Origin: Microcoleus sp.
GTDB taxonomy: Bacteria; Cyanobacteriota; Cyanobacteriia; Cyanobacteriales; Microcoleaceae
DNA: 64,000 bases
Direction: 5' to 3'
Assembly (NCBI GenBank): GCA_052279835.1
Contig: CP181291.1
Coordinates: 4,512,001 to 4,576,000, forward strand
Shown: piece after piece, positions 52,840 to 62,922 of the stretch
How positions within the stretch are numbered: position 1 is the first letter of the stretch
Layout of the letters: every line of letters begins with the position of its first letter
Notes under the pieces: model-generated
What the model was told of the DNA's origin: nothing
Database searches by the model: none
Seen by the model: the letters and a program-made list of their open reading frames with translations, nothing else
Translations under genes and position numbers: made by a program

Positions 52840-53199
52840 CTAGGTTTCTCCTGAGCTTTGATCGTACAATCTCAGTCGTTTTTGACTGTTTTCGATCGCG
52901 CGCTTAGGCGTTTTCTGGGTAGTTTTTTGAAACACCTCTGCAATGACAATAGCATCTGAGTCAATCCGGTAAATAATTCGCCACTGTTTACCGGCTTCAC
53001 TATCATCGATCCGCAATTCGTGGCAGTGAGGGCTGATGCTTGGCATAGGCCGAGAGACAGGCATGGCTAAAATTTCTCCATTTTGTAACATCCTTAATAA
53101 AATCCCTGCCTCAATTCGCGCTGAGGCGGAAAAAGGGGGAGTTTTTACGGAGCCTCTGATGAGCCAAACAACATCTTTGTTCTCGCCTTGGGATTCCAT
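52840..53199 (-). CDS. RelE/ParE (Gp49/HigB-like) toxin
   Basis: SRPMPSI..CHELRI..WRIIYR..VFQKTTQKTP; toxin-first order. Confidence 0.88.
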   Translation of the reverse strand: MESQGENKDVVWLIRGSVKTPPFSASARIEAGILLRMLQNGEILAMPVSRPMPSISPHCHELRIDDSEAGKQWRIIYRIDSDAIVIAEVFQKTTQKTPKRAIENSQKRLRLYDQSSGET

Positions 53200-53231
53200 A
53201 AATTAAGTAGTCTAGTCATAAAGTTTACAAA

Positions 53232-53255
53232 TATGTCGTATCTGACATAATTATA
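53232..53255 (-). promoter_or_regulatory. -10 TATAAT with adjacent operator palindrome TATGTC-N6-GACATA
   Basis: attata at 53250-53255; palindrome at 53232-53249, upstream of the toxin. Confidence 0.6.
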
Positions 53256-53539
53256 GCGCAAGATAACTAAAAGTGGTAGAAGAGACTAAAGATTGCCGAA
53301 TTGCCTCTCAATTGGTAAGGTACGCATTGCCAGCCAGCCCAGTCAAGGTGCGATCCTCTTCGAGGGCTGCGCTAACGACTGATTTGCGTCATTCTAGGCG
53401 GTGGCGATCGGCAATAAACCTGGTTTATTACCGATCGCCTTTTAAAAGAATCAGATTTAACGATCGCCCGCTACGCAATTTCAAGCGTTTGAGGGATTTC
53501 TTCACCACCTTAATAGGGCTGGCATTGCCCACCTATAAA

Positions 53540-55267
53540 TTAATACTTCCGCTCCTGCGGCTCAAACATCGTAATCGCCACCGGCATATAAGCCAAATCG
53601 ATGCCAGCCGGCGAATAATAAGCCAGCGTATGCTTCAAGAAATTGCCGTCATCCCGCTGCGGAAAATCTTCCCGCGAATGAGCGCCCCGACTTTCCTGCC
53701 GCTTCAGAGCAGAAGTTAAAATCATTCTCCCCACAATAATCAAACTTCGCAACTCCAAAGCTTCCACAATTTCCGTATTCCACAACTTGCCTTTATCGTC
53801 CAAGTAAACTTCCTGATATTGCCGCTCCAATTCCTCCAATTTTGTCAAACCTTCTTGCATCAATTCGGCGCTGCGAAATACGCCACAATACTCAGTCATA
53901 GTATCTTGATACTGCTGACGGATTTGATTGATGCGGTATTTTCCGGGACGCTGTAACAGTCCTTGAATTTGTGCTTGTGCTTCCTTTAAGTAACGCTGTT
54001 CATCCACGGTGGGTAACTTGCGATTTTGCACAAATTGTGCTATGGTTGCGCCGGTGACTTTGCCATAAACTACGCATTCCAAAAGCGAATTACTGCCCAA
54101 ACGATTTGCACCATGAACGGAGACGCAAGCTGCTTCCCCTGCTGCAAAGAAACCGTCTACCAAACCATCAACACTACTGCGGACTTGTCCGCTGACATTG
54201 GTAGGAATTCCCCCCATTGAATAGTGCACTGTCGGACGCACGGGCATCGGCTGATTTACGGCATCAATTCCTAACAAACGGTGGGCTTCTTCCCAAGCAA
54301 ACGGAATTTTGCTCATGATTTTTTCCCTTCCCATGTGCCGCAAATCCATGTAAATAAACGGGCCGCCAGCACTACCATCTACATTGATTCCTCGGCCTGC
54401 GCGAATTTCTAAGGAGATGGCCCTAGATGTAATATCTCTAGGCGCTAATTCCATCCGCGAGGGGGCATAATTCGCCATAAAGCGTTCCCCTTCGGAATTA
54501 ATCAAATAAGCCCCTTCGCCGCGCACAGCCTCGGAAATCAACACTCCCACGGGATACAAACCAGTCGGGTGAAACTGCACGAATTCCATATCTTCTAAGG
54601 GCAATCCCGCCATAGCAGTCATCGCCAAACCGTCTCCAGTCGAGGCGTAATCGTTCGAGGTGGTGTTGTAAACCCGACCATAACCCCCCGTAGCAAACAT
54701 CACTGCCTTAGCGCGCACAACCTCGATTTGACCGTCTACAAGGCGATACATAACTACGCCCTTGGCTTGGCCTTCTTCCAAAATCAGGCGGGTGACGTAC
54801 CATTCCTGATAGATGTGAACTCCGTAGCGGCGGAGATTGTTGACTAATTCGTGGAGGATGGCGTGACCGGTTTTGTCGGCGGCGTAACAGGTGCGGTTGT
54901 GGGAATGTCCGCCAAAAGCGCGCTGGGCTATTCTGCCGTCTGGGAGGCGAGAGAAAAGGACTCCCATGTGTTCTAAATCGATGACTACACCGGGGGCTTC
55001 GCGGGTGAGGATTTCGACGGCATCTTGGTCGGCTAAATAGTCTGAACCTTTTACGGTGTCAAAAGCGTGGGCTTTCCAACTGTCTTGGGTATCGACGTTT
55101 TGGAGGCTGGATGCCATACCGCCTTGGGCTGCGACGGAGTGCGATCGAATCGGGTGAGTTTTGGCAACTACAGCTACCTTTAAACTGGGGTCAGTGCGGG
55201 CTATTTCCACCGCGGCGCGGCAACCTGCTAAACCGCCGCCCACAATGATTACGTCGTGTTCTAGCAT
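53540..55267 (-). CDS. sdhA: Succinate dehydrogenase flavoprotein subunit
   Basis: [39 protein letters not shown]. Confidence 0.95.
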   Translation of the reverse strand: MLEHDVIIVGGGLAGCRAAVEIARTDPSLKVAVVAKTHPIRSHSVAAQGGMASSLQNVDTQDSWKAHAFDTVKGSDYLADQDAVEILTREAPGVVIDLEHMGVLFSRLPDGRIAQRAFGGHSHNRTCYAADKTGHAILHELVNNLRRYGVHIYQEWYVTRLILEEGQAKGVVMYRLVDGQIEVVRAKAVMFATGGYGRVYNTTSNDYASTGDGLAMTAMAGLPLEDMEFVQFHPTGLYPVGVLISEAVRGEGAYLINSEGERFMANYAPSRMELAPRDITSRAISLEIRAGRGINVDGSAGGPFIYMDLRHMGREKIMSKIPFAWEEAHRLLGIDAVNQPMPVRPTVHYSMGGIPTNVSGQVRSSVDGLVDGFFAAGEAACVSVHGANRLGSNSLLECVVYGKVTGATIAQFVQNRKLPTVDEQRYLKEAQAQIQGLLQRPGKYRINQIRQQYQDTMTEYCGVFRSAELMQEGLTKLEELERQYQEVYLDDKGKLWNTEIVEALELRSLIIVGRMILTSALKRQESRGAHSREDFPQRDDGNFLKHTLAYYSPAGIDLAYMPVAITMFEPQERKY

Positions 55268-55398
55268 TTTTTGAGTAGTGTTGAGTTTTCTGCTGTATAT
55301 GTAATTCTGATGCACAAAAAAAATCCTCACGCAAAGGTAAGGAAGTTTTTAACTTTTGATTTTTAACTTTATTGAAAATTAAAAATCTGTAAGCTGGA

Positions 55399-55713
55399 TT
55401 AGCCCACTGCTGGGGCAGGTTTTTGGCCTGGTAAATTGGCGCTAGCGGATGGTTTGGATTCGGTAGCGGGTTCTACGGCTGTGACTTCGATGTGATTTAG
55501 CAAAGTCGTCACAAACGCAAACAGCAGGAAGGGTAGAGACAGGACTAAGATCAATCCGACGGTGGCTAAGGCGTAGATTTGACGGGCGCTACTCCACAAG
55601 GCGAGGGCGGAGGCGAGACTCATAAAGATCACAATCAGCCAAATAACGATTTGACCGTAAATGTCGCCGAAGGTCAGCGTGCATCTGAGGCGATAGTTAT
55701 GCAAGTTATTCAT
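55399..55713 (-). CDS. Conserved two-TM hypothetical protein
   Basis: CTLTFGDIYGQII...FAFVTTLLNHIE. Confidence 0.7.
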   Translation of the reverse strand: MNNLHNYRLRCTLTFGDIYGQIVIWLIVIFMSLASALALWSSARQIYALATVGLILVLSLPFLLFAFVTTLLNHIEVTAVEPATESKPSASANLPGQKPAPAVG

Positions 55714-55784
55714 TTTGGGCCTGGCGAGGTTGCTATTAGGACTTGCGTGCGCGAAAATACTTGAAATTTCTTAGTCTAGTTAGC

Positions 55785-57251
55785 GTGAACTACCCGCCGT
55801 CAAGGGTCGTACCGGTGTGACGGAGGCTTCTCCCTTCAACGACCACAGCCACCACAGTAGTAGATTTGCGTCCATACTGTTTTGGTCTTACATAGCCTTC
55901 AGGAGCAATAACGCTGGTTCCCAACGTCAATAAGCGCAAGCCTTCATTTTTGATATTTATCGCGGCATTAATGTCTCTATCGTGCCGATTGCCACAGTGT
56001 GGACAGTCAAATTCTCGTACAGATAAATCCATTTTTGGCAGTGGCTTCAAATTATTTGAGCAAAGATGAGTTGATGCAAAAAATCTACCTATTTCTAGAT
56101 AAACTTTCCCCACCATTTCTGCTTTATATTTAAGCATAGTACAAAATATTCCCCAACCAGCATCAGATATTGATTTGGCTAGGCAATGATTTTTCACCAT
56201 GTTTCTGACTGCCAGATTTTCTACTACTACGACTTGGTTTTTGTCTACTATCTTGCGCGATAGCTTGTGCAGAAAATCCTCGCGGACTCTTTTGGTTTTT
56301 GAGTGAACTTTAGCTACGGCAAGCTTGGCTTTTCGACGATTATTTGTGGTTTTATCTTTTTTGCGATCCAGCTTTTTTTGCTTACGAGCTAAATTTTTTT
56401 CATGTTTCTTTGTAGCTTTTGGATGTTGATATTTAGAACCTTCTGATGTAACTGCAAAATCGGTTAGACCTAAATCTATGCCAATCACATTACCCTCAGA
56501 GCTAGATTCTGGGCATTCAATGCCATCATCCACAAGCATGGAAGCAAAGTATCTCCCATCAGGATTTTTGGATACAGTCACAGTTTTGACTTTACCTTCA
56601 ATATCCCGATGAACTTTAGCATTGACAGTACCCAACGAACCCGGAAATTTAATCTCACAATTACTCAATACTTTGACATTTTGAGGGTATTGAATAGATT
56701 GCTTCCCTTGGCGTTTCTTGAATGTTGGATACATGGCGCGACCATCAAAGAAGTTGCCAAAGGCTACACCTAGATTCAAGACCGATTGCTGAAGACACTG
56801 AGAGTAACACTCAGATAGCCATTCATTGTCAGTTTTCCACAAGGGTATTGACTTTTTTATGGTCATGGCGGTAACGCCTTTGCCAGTCTCTTGATAGGTT
56901 GCGGTTATTATAGCCAAAGACTGATTCCAGACCCAACGCACACAACCGAAAGCCTTAGCAAGGTATGCTTGCTGGACAATAGTAGGGTAGATTCGGACTT
57001 TGACAGCTTTCAGCACAATGCACAATACTTAGATTGCTTTTTTGATTAGTCTAAGTTTATCATAACAAAAAATATTAGAAAAGCCAACAATTTGCGATGC
57101 CCCCTCACGCTCGCCGAAGGGATGATCTCCTCATCCATCCGCCATCGCCTGCTAGCTTTCGCTTTTACGTCTTGTGGCGGATGGAATCGTCGATTCACGT
57201 ACCTTTGATCCCACACTAATCGAAGCGATATAGTGTGGGGATTCCCGTCTG
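55785..57251 (-). mobile_element. tnpB-only IS200/IS605 (IS1341-type) element
   Basis: Right end hairpin ending GTAGTTCAC at 55785; left-end hairpin cccacacta..tagtgtggg at ~57210-57240; no tnpA. Left boundary inferred. Confidence 0.7.
55790..57025 (-). CDS. tnpB: RNA-guided endonuclease TnpB
   Basis: KVRIYPT HTH, GIDLG (RuvC-I), VVENL (RuvC-II), CPHC, DRDINAA (RuvC-III). Confidence 0.93.
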   Translation of the reverse strand: MCIVLKAVKVRIYPTIVQQAYLAKAFGCVRWVWNQSLAIITATYQETGKGVTAMTIKKSIPLWKTDNEWLSECYSQCLQQSVLNLGVAFGNFFDGRAMYPTFKKRQGKQSIQYPQNVKVLSNCEIKFPGSLGTVNAKVHRDIEGKVKTVTVSKNPDGRYFASMLVDDGIECPESSSEGNVIGIDLGLTDFAVTSEGSKYQHPKATKKHEKNLARKQKKLDRKKDKTTNNRRKAKLAVAKVHSKTKRVREDFLHKLSRKIVDKNQVVVVENLAVRNMVKNHCLAKSISDAGWGIFCTMLKYKAEMVGKVYLEIGRFFASTHLCSNNLKPLPKMDLSVREFDCPHCGNRHDRDINAAINIKNEGLRLLTLGTSVIAPEGYVRPKQYGRKSTTVVAVVVEGRSLRHTGTTLDGG

Positions 57252-57428
57252 CTAAGCTAACTTGCTTTGACGTCGGTTTTAAACATTTTTATAGAAGTCG
57301 CAACAACACTTATAGATTCTTAGTTTGGGAAAAATCTACTTTCGGACCGATCGCCAATTTCGTAAAGAAATGTTAAGTTACATGGAGATGGAATTAACTT
57401 TTAGAGGGTCGCACCTGTCTTTTTGCCT

Positions 57429-58148
57429 ATGTCGCCCGATCGCACATTACTGATTTCACGCTCTTTCTTAGCAGGTTTGGGCACTCAGATGTTTTTGCAC
57501 CAAGAGGATCGAATTCCCCAAGAAAGCCCGGTGTTGGTGGTTAGCAATCACCGCAGTTTCTTAGATCCTGTGCTGCTGACGGCGGCTTTGGGTCGATCGA
57601 TCCGGTTTGCTTGCCATCATTACATGGGTCAGGTGCCGCTGGTTCGGGAATTGGTAACATCTTTCGGTGCTTTTCCCTTGGAAGCACCGCAACACCGACA
57701 GCAGCATTTTTTCGATCAGGCGACAGCCTTACTGCAAAATAGGGAGATGGTGGGGGTGTTTCCAGAGGGTGCCGAACCGATGGTGAATTTTACTCAACCG
57801 CATACTGTCGGGAAGTTTCAGCGAGGATTTGCTCATTTGGCTTTGCGAGCTCCGGTGCGGGATTTGGTGGTTTTGCCGGTGGCGATTAGTTCTTTTGAAG
57901 AAGAGGCGGTACGATCGGCTATACCCTTGAAGTTGTTGAGTTGGTTCGATCCTTCAGAACCGCTGTTCGATCGAGCTGGATGGCATCCTGTGATACTTTA
58001 CAGACGAGTTAATATTTTAGTCGGCCGTCCGTACTGGATTACGGTCGATCGACAACAGCAATATCGAGGGAAACAAGCCAAAGCAGTTGTTGCGGAACTT
58101 ACAGAACATTGTCACGGAGAAATTGCACAATTACTCCAAGCAAGTTGA
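57429..58148 (+). CDS. Lysophospholipid acyltransferase (PlsC-like)
   Basis: NHRSFLD, VFPEG. Confidence 0.85.
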   Translation: MSPDRTLLISRSFLAGLGTQMFLHQEDRIPQESPVLVVSNHRSFLDPVLLTAALGRSIRFACHHYMGQVPLVRELVTSFGAFPLEAPQHRQQHFFDQATALLQNREMVGVFPEGAEPMVNFTQPHTVGKFQRGFAHLALRAPVRDLVVLPVAISSFEEEAVRSAIPLKLLSWFDPSEPLFDRAGWHPVILYRRVNILVGRPYWITVDRQQQYRGKQAKAVVAELTEHCHGEIAQLLQAS

Positions 58149-58336
58149 CTGTTGTCAGATTTTAGATCAAATCAGCGAGCATCAAAATTCTTGCTCTCTC
58201 TTTTTTTGCTCTGGGTTTTATCCGTTATATAAAGGTTAAATCCTTCGACTCCAACCGGAATGATTTAACCTAAAATCTCATCTTCATTTTTCCTGCTTCC
58301 TTCGTCTATAAAATCTAAAATCAATTGACTTTAATC

Positions 58337-59140
58337 ATGTCAAATTCTACTAACAAGCTTCGTTTCCTAACGCCAAAATCTCCGAATTCCGATCTGCCTT
58401 TATTTGTATTTCTGCCTGGTATGGATGGTAGCGGTTTGCTGCTGCGTCGGCAAATCCCTAAATTAACCAATGATTTTGACATTCGTTGCTTAGCTATACC
58501 AGCCAATGACATGGCTAGTTGGGATGTACTTGTCAGCGAAACAATCGCCTTAGTTGAAGCAGAAAAGGCAGCCGGAAATCAGAGGCCGGTTTATTTGTGT
58601 GGGGAATCATTTGGGGGGTGTTTAGCGATGAAAGTAGTTTTAGAAGCTCCTCAATTGTGCGATCGATTAATTTTAGTCAATCCAGCTTCTTCGTTTCGAC
58701 AGCAGCCTTGGGTGCAGTGGGGTTCTCACTTGACTCAATGGCTACCGGCAAGCCTTTATCCGCTGTCGGTAGTAGGTTTATTGCCAGTTTTAGCATCCTT
58801 GGGAAAGATTGGGCGAGAGGAGCGACGAGCTTTGCTAGAAGCGATGCAAGCGGTACCTCAGAGCACTTCTGTGTGGAGATTAGCTTTAGTGCGATCGTTC
58901 GATGTTGACGAAAATCAGTTGAGTGCGATCGAACAGCCAACGCTAGTAATTGCTAGTGGTAGCGATCGACTTCTACCTTCCTTAGCAGAAGCCAAGCTTT
59001 TAGTCAAGGTAATTCCGAATGCTGAAATGGTGATGCTGGCTAACAGCGGTCATGCTTGTTTGTTAGAAACAGATGTCGATCTGAATCGGATTATGCAAGC
59101 TCAAAATTTCTTAAATAGGTCATTAGTTATTAGTCATTAA
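58337..59140 (+). CDS. Alpha/beta hydrolase (ELT/PES hydrolase-domain-like)
   Basis: LPGMDGSG, GESFGG, NPASS, SGHACLLE. Confidence 0.85.
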   Translation: MSNSTNKLRFLTPKSPNSDLPLFVFLPGMDGSGLLLRRQIPKLTNDFDIRCLAIPANDMASWDVLVSETIALVEAEKAAGNQRPVYLCGESFGGCLAMKVVLEAPQLCDRLILVNPASSFRQQPWVQWGSHLTQWLPASLYPLSVVGLLPVLASLGKIGREERRALLEAMQAVPQSTSVWRLALVRSFDVDENQLSAIEQPTLVIASGSDRLLPSLAEAKLLVKVIPNAEMVMLANSGHACLLETDVDLNRIMQAQNFLNRSLVISH

Positions 59141-59204
59141 TGATTGATTATCATCAACAACAACCAACTAAAATTAAACAAAAAATCATTGCTAGGGTCT
59201 AATC

Positions 59205-59828
59205 ATGCTAAATCTCAAGCTTCCCGAACAAAGACGAAAACTTTACATTGAAATTGCACTGCGTAGATGTCGCCCCGGTAGTGGCAGCAGTCAAGATTTT
59301 CTGAATAAAATAACTTGGAATCATCCCGTGACAAACATTAAAATGATCGTTCAAAAAACCCTTTTTGTAGTGGTAGGAGGGATTGCTACTCGGCTCTATA
59401 TGCCTGAACGAATGACCGATGACGTGGATATTTTAGTATTGACCCAAGATGCTACTAATCTTTATCGAGAATTAGAGGAAGCTGGTAGCAGGAGAACGGG
59501 ACAACTCAGCATTGGTGGCAGCACTTGGGAATTGCCTGATGGTACTTATTTGGATGTAATTGAATCAAGAGATTCTTGGGTAAAAGAGGCAATTAGAAAT
59601 CCAAATAAAGCCCCGGATGGATTACCAATTATCGGATTACCTTATCTGGTTTTGATGAAGCTAAAAGCTAGTCGTGGTATAGATATAGGGGATTTAACGC
59701 GGATGTTGGGAGGGGCTGACGAAACTGCTTTGCGGTTGGTAAGAAGGGCTGTAAAAGATTTCCTGCCTGATGCTGTGGAAGATTTAGAAAGTTTAATTGT
59801 TTTGGGAAAGCTAGAAAGGAGTGAGTAA
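59205..59828 (+). CDS. Nucleotidyltransferase-fold hypothetical protein
   Basis: FVVVGGIA...RMTDDVDIL, LVLMKL..SR..DIGDL. Confidence 0.65.
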   Translation: MLNLKLPEQRRKLYIEIALRRCRPGSGSSQDFLNKITWNHPVTNIKMIVQKTLFVVVGGIATRLYMPERMTDDVDILVLTQDATNLYRELEEAGSRRTGQLSIGGSTWELPDGTYLDVIESRDSWVKEAIRNPNKAPDGLPIIGLPYLVLMKLKASRGIDIGDLTRMLGGADETALRLVRRAVKDFLPDAVEDLESLIVLGKLERSE

Positions 59829-60056
59829 TTAAGAATAAATCCTTTGGTTTATACCAAATTTGGGTTTCCCAACCCGTTGATTATTGAATCGGCATCGGCA
59901 GATTTTGTTTGTATAGAAGCGGTTTCAACCGCGCCCGTCATAACGGGGATAGCTAACCCGGATTTGATATTATAAATTCTTACTCTCACGGAACTACCCC
60001 GCAGGGGGTAAGTTCCGATAACAATTAACAACCAGCCACCAACTAATAACTAATCA

Positions 60057-60633
60057 CTAATTAAGATTTAGCCATTTTTGAGCATTAAGCCGCTGAACTA
60101 CACCAAAAACCATTAAGTCTAGGGTAATCTTGCGCTCGTCTATCAAAAAAGGTTCAAGAGTGCTAGTTTTTGTGTTATTTTCAGCGCAAGAAAAAGCTCT
60201 TTGACTTTGAATGTTTTCTTGAGGAAAATACAAGTTAAATTGGCGCTGACCTGATTGGAATTTGCCCACTACTTGCCAACAATCGCCGGCGGAACTCATA
60301 CCCGCAACGGGGATTTTTTGCTTAGCAAAAGTGACGTCTAAATCCTCAACGCCCTGCTTAGTTAAAGCAGTTTGCAAAGCAGGCAAATAGTCTTGTTGAA
60401 TAAATTCTGCAAACGGCTTGTCTTCAACAGCAGGAGCTTTTTCCTTTTTAGCTTTAGCTGGGGGCTTATCGCCGTCAGCTTTAGCAGCAGGCTTTTTAGC
60501 AGCAGGCTGAGGCTTGTCGTCAGTGCTGGGAAGATCCGTGGTTTGAGGTGAGTCGGAAACTGGGGGCGTGTTCCATCGAAGCAGTGGGAGTTTCTGATTC
60601 CCCAGCGGTAGGATTTTTCGGTTCTTCTGCCAT
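60057..60633 (-). CDS. ndhV: DUF2996 protein (NdhV-like); apparent +1 frameshift at 60562-60566
   Basis: KAPAVEDKPFAEFI..LEPFLIDERKITLDLMVFGVVQRLNAQKWL; ATG at 60633 is out of frame by one base. Confidence 0.7.
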
Positions 60634-60751
60634 TGGTGCTTCCTGTGAAAAAGTTAGTATCTGTTATCAGTTATGAGTTTTGAGTTAAAAACAGTTGTAG
60701 AGACGCGGTTGGGGGCGTCTCTACAATTAATTGACAACTCCGATTATTATT

Positions 60752-61639
60752 CTAAATCTCAGCGACAGCTCGTTCAATCAAACGGCGGGCCAAAGTTTGA
60801 ACGCCTGTGTGTTCGTAGTAGTTGGTAGTCACGTCGAGGAATGCCCCCACATAGTCCACCTTATCAGCAGAAATTTCCACAAAGTTTTGCAAGTGGCCCA
60901 TCACGTTTTGGGGAGTCAAACCGCGATCGCTGACAAAATTGCTCATCCAGCCAGAAACCGAGCTAAAGCTTTCTCCAATAAAGCCTAACTGGCCTGCGGG
61001 GTTGCCACCAGGAATCATACTGCTGATGGAATTAAACGACGGATTCTCTTGCAAATCGCTTGGGGAAAGCCTCTGAATCCAAGACTGAGTTGCCATGATA
61101 AAGTCTGGGCCCAGGGGAATCAAACCATCAAAACAAACCAAAGCCGCCATCCGCATCAGGGATTCGCCGCCGTAGTCTGCCAAAGCGCCAGCAAAATCAC
61201 CGATGCTGTCGCCGGGAATGCCGTTGATTTGGCAAAAAGCTAGTAACTCAACGACTAACTTCAAAGAAAGGTCGATCGTCTGAGCTTTTTCGGGCTTGGG
61301 AGTAAGATTGCCCAGCATGGACAAAAACGGCACATTTTGAGAGACTTTGTTCGCCATTGCTGCTGCACCTAGGGCCTTGTCGGCATTGTCGATGGTTTGG
61401 TAGAGCCATAGAGCGCGCTGATAACCTTCAGATTTATCGTTGTAGAGATAGATAGCCCGATCGCCAATTTGCTGGATCAGTTCTTCATCTGTTTCGCCAG
61501 TTACCGTGCGAATGGTATTTTCAAAACCAATTAAATTGTTCCACTCACCGGGTACAACAAAGTCAAGGGCTCTGAGAGCTTTGACAGTCATGTTGTCTTT
61601 AGGAAGTTGATCCACTAATTCAAAGATGGATTTGCTCAC
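60752..61639 (-). CDS. Conserved hypothetical protein
   Basis: 295-aa ORF with AAGGAG RBS. Confidence 0.75.
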   Translation of the reverse strand: MSKSIFELVDQLPKDNMTVKALRALDFVVPGEWNNLIGFENTIRTVTGETDEELIQQIGDRAIYLYNDKSEGYQRALWLYQTIDNADKALGAAAMANKVSQNVPFLSMLGNLTPKPEKAQTIDLSLKLVVELLAFCQINGIPGDSIGDFAGALADYGGESLMRMAALVCFDGLIPLGPDFIMATQSWIQRLSPSDLQENPSFNSISSMIPGGNPAGQLGFIGESFSSVSGWMSNFVSDRGLTPQNVMGHLQNFVEISADKVDYVGAFLDVTTNYYEHTGVQTLARRLIERAVAEI

Positions 61640-61777
61640 AAAAAACTCCTTCTAGTTGATTAACAGGACTCAAAAGTATTTCTTTTGGCAGATTGCACCA
61701 GTCTCAAAGTCGGGGTAATGATTTGATGCAAATAAAGTCAGACTCAAGTTAAGAGTGGACGATGACCATAGGTATGG

Positions 61778-62335
61778 TTATTTGACGTTAGCAAGGCCAC
61801 TAAGGTTAAATTTTGTCAACCAATCTTCGCGATCGCTAGCAGTAAAAGAAGGATCGCGGGATTGAACTTTCACCTGGTAGCGATTTGCCACTAGGACCGC
61901 AGTGATATTAGCACCTTGAGTAACAGCGGGATAGCCGCCAATTTGCTTGCTACTGCTTTTGAATTTAGAGCCAGCCGAGGGGTTGCCGGCAATGTCGTTG
62001 ATGGACAACATCGCGACATTTTTACCGCCTTTGTTGAGCTTAGCTTCGGCAAAACCTGATTTTTCTTGAGCGAAGACGCGATCGAATCCGCCACCCGACG
62101 AGGGGAAATATTTATTTAATTTGCCACCTGCTACTGCCTTCTTGGGCAGGTTTTGATTGTCAGCAGTGGATTTATCAGCAGTTGTCTGCTTAGTTTTAGC
62201 GGACGGTTTTTGGGTACTTTCCTGCTGAGCTTTGTCCCAGCGGGAGGGTTCCGGGGCTTTACCGCAGGAGGTGACGAGCAACAGTACCGATATCAGAAAT
62301 GGAGCTAAGATTCGGCGTGCGGAGGATAATTTCAT
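61778..62335 (-). CDS. Putative lipoprotein
   Basis: Lipobox LLLVTSC; CAGGAG RBS. Confidence 0.75.
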   Translation of the reverse strand: MKLSSARRILAPFLISVLLLVTSCGKAPEPSRWDKAQQESTQKPSAKTKQTTADKSTADNQNLPKKAVAGGKLNKYFPSSGGGFDRVFAQEKSGFAEAKLNKGGKNVAMLSINDIAGNPSAGSKFKSSSKQIGGYPAVTQGANITAVLVANRYQVKVQSRDPSFTASDREDWLTKFNLSGLANVK

Positions 62336-62743
62336 CGCTGTCTCCTGTAAGAGAGTTTCCACTGACAATTGTGACTCAAAATTCACCAATTTGTCTTCCT
62401 CCAGCGGAGGATTTTTAGCTTGGACAAAAAAACCTCCGCTTGCGGGCGCAGGTTTTTTTGCAATTACCAGTTCAGAAGGCAAAAAACAGCAAGATTGCTT
62501 GCCTAATAAATTCTGAGCATTCTCGTAAATAAGCCCAGTATTTTGGCTGTCAGCAACATCAAAACAGTTTTTTCTGATGCTCTCTGAAATCCTAGGGCTG
62601 GTAAATTTTAGATTTGAGATAATGGCATGGGATTTGAGATTTGAAAATTGCCCATGATGCCCACAGATTAATCCGGGGGCTGGTTCTGGTGTTAATCCCT
62701 AATCCCTAATCCCAAATTTGAATGTGGCAGGAATCGGTAGGAT

Positions 62744-62860
62744 TTAGGCGTCACTTTCAATGTAAATAAACAACAAACCCATGACCACAACTGGCATCAG
62801 CCAGGTAATGAGCGGAATCAAGATCCAAGGCAAAAAAGAAGCGGCGTATGAACCTGTCAT
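62744..62860 (-). CDS. psaI: Photosystem I subunit VIII (not in the ORF track)
   Basis: Hand translation [38 protein letters not shown]. Confidence 0.93.
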   Translation of the reverse strand: MTGSYAASFLPWILIPLITWLMPVVVMGLLFIYIESDA

Positions 62861-62922
62861 ATCAAATTCTCCCAGCTAAAGTTAATGTGTTCCAACAGAG
62901 GTATTTCCGAGTAGGGTCTAAT

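Noticed and set aside
53273..53719. 148-aa plus-strand ORF
   Set aside because: Overlaps the sdhA 3' end antisense and a REP; no recognisable motifs.
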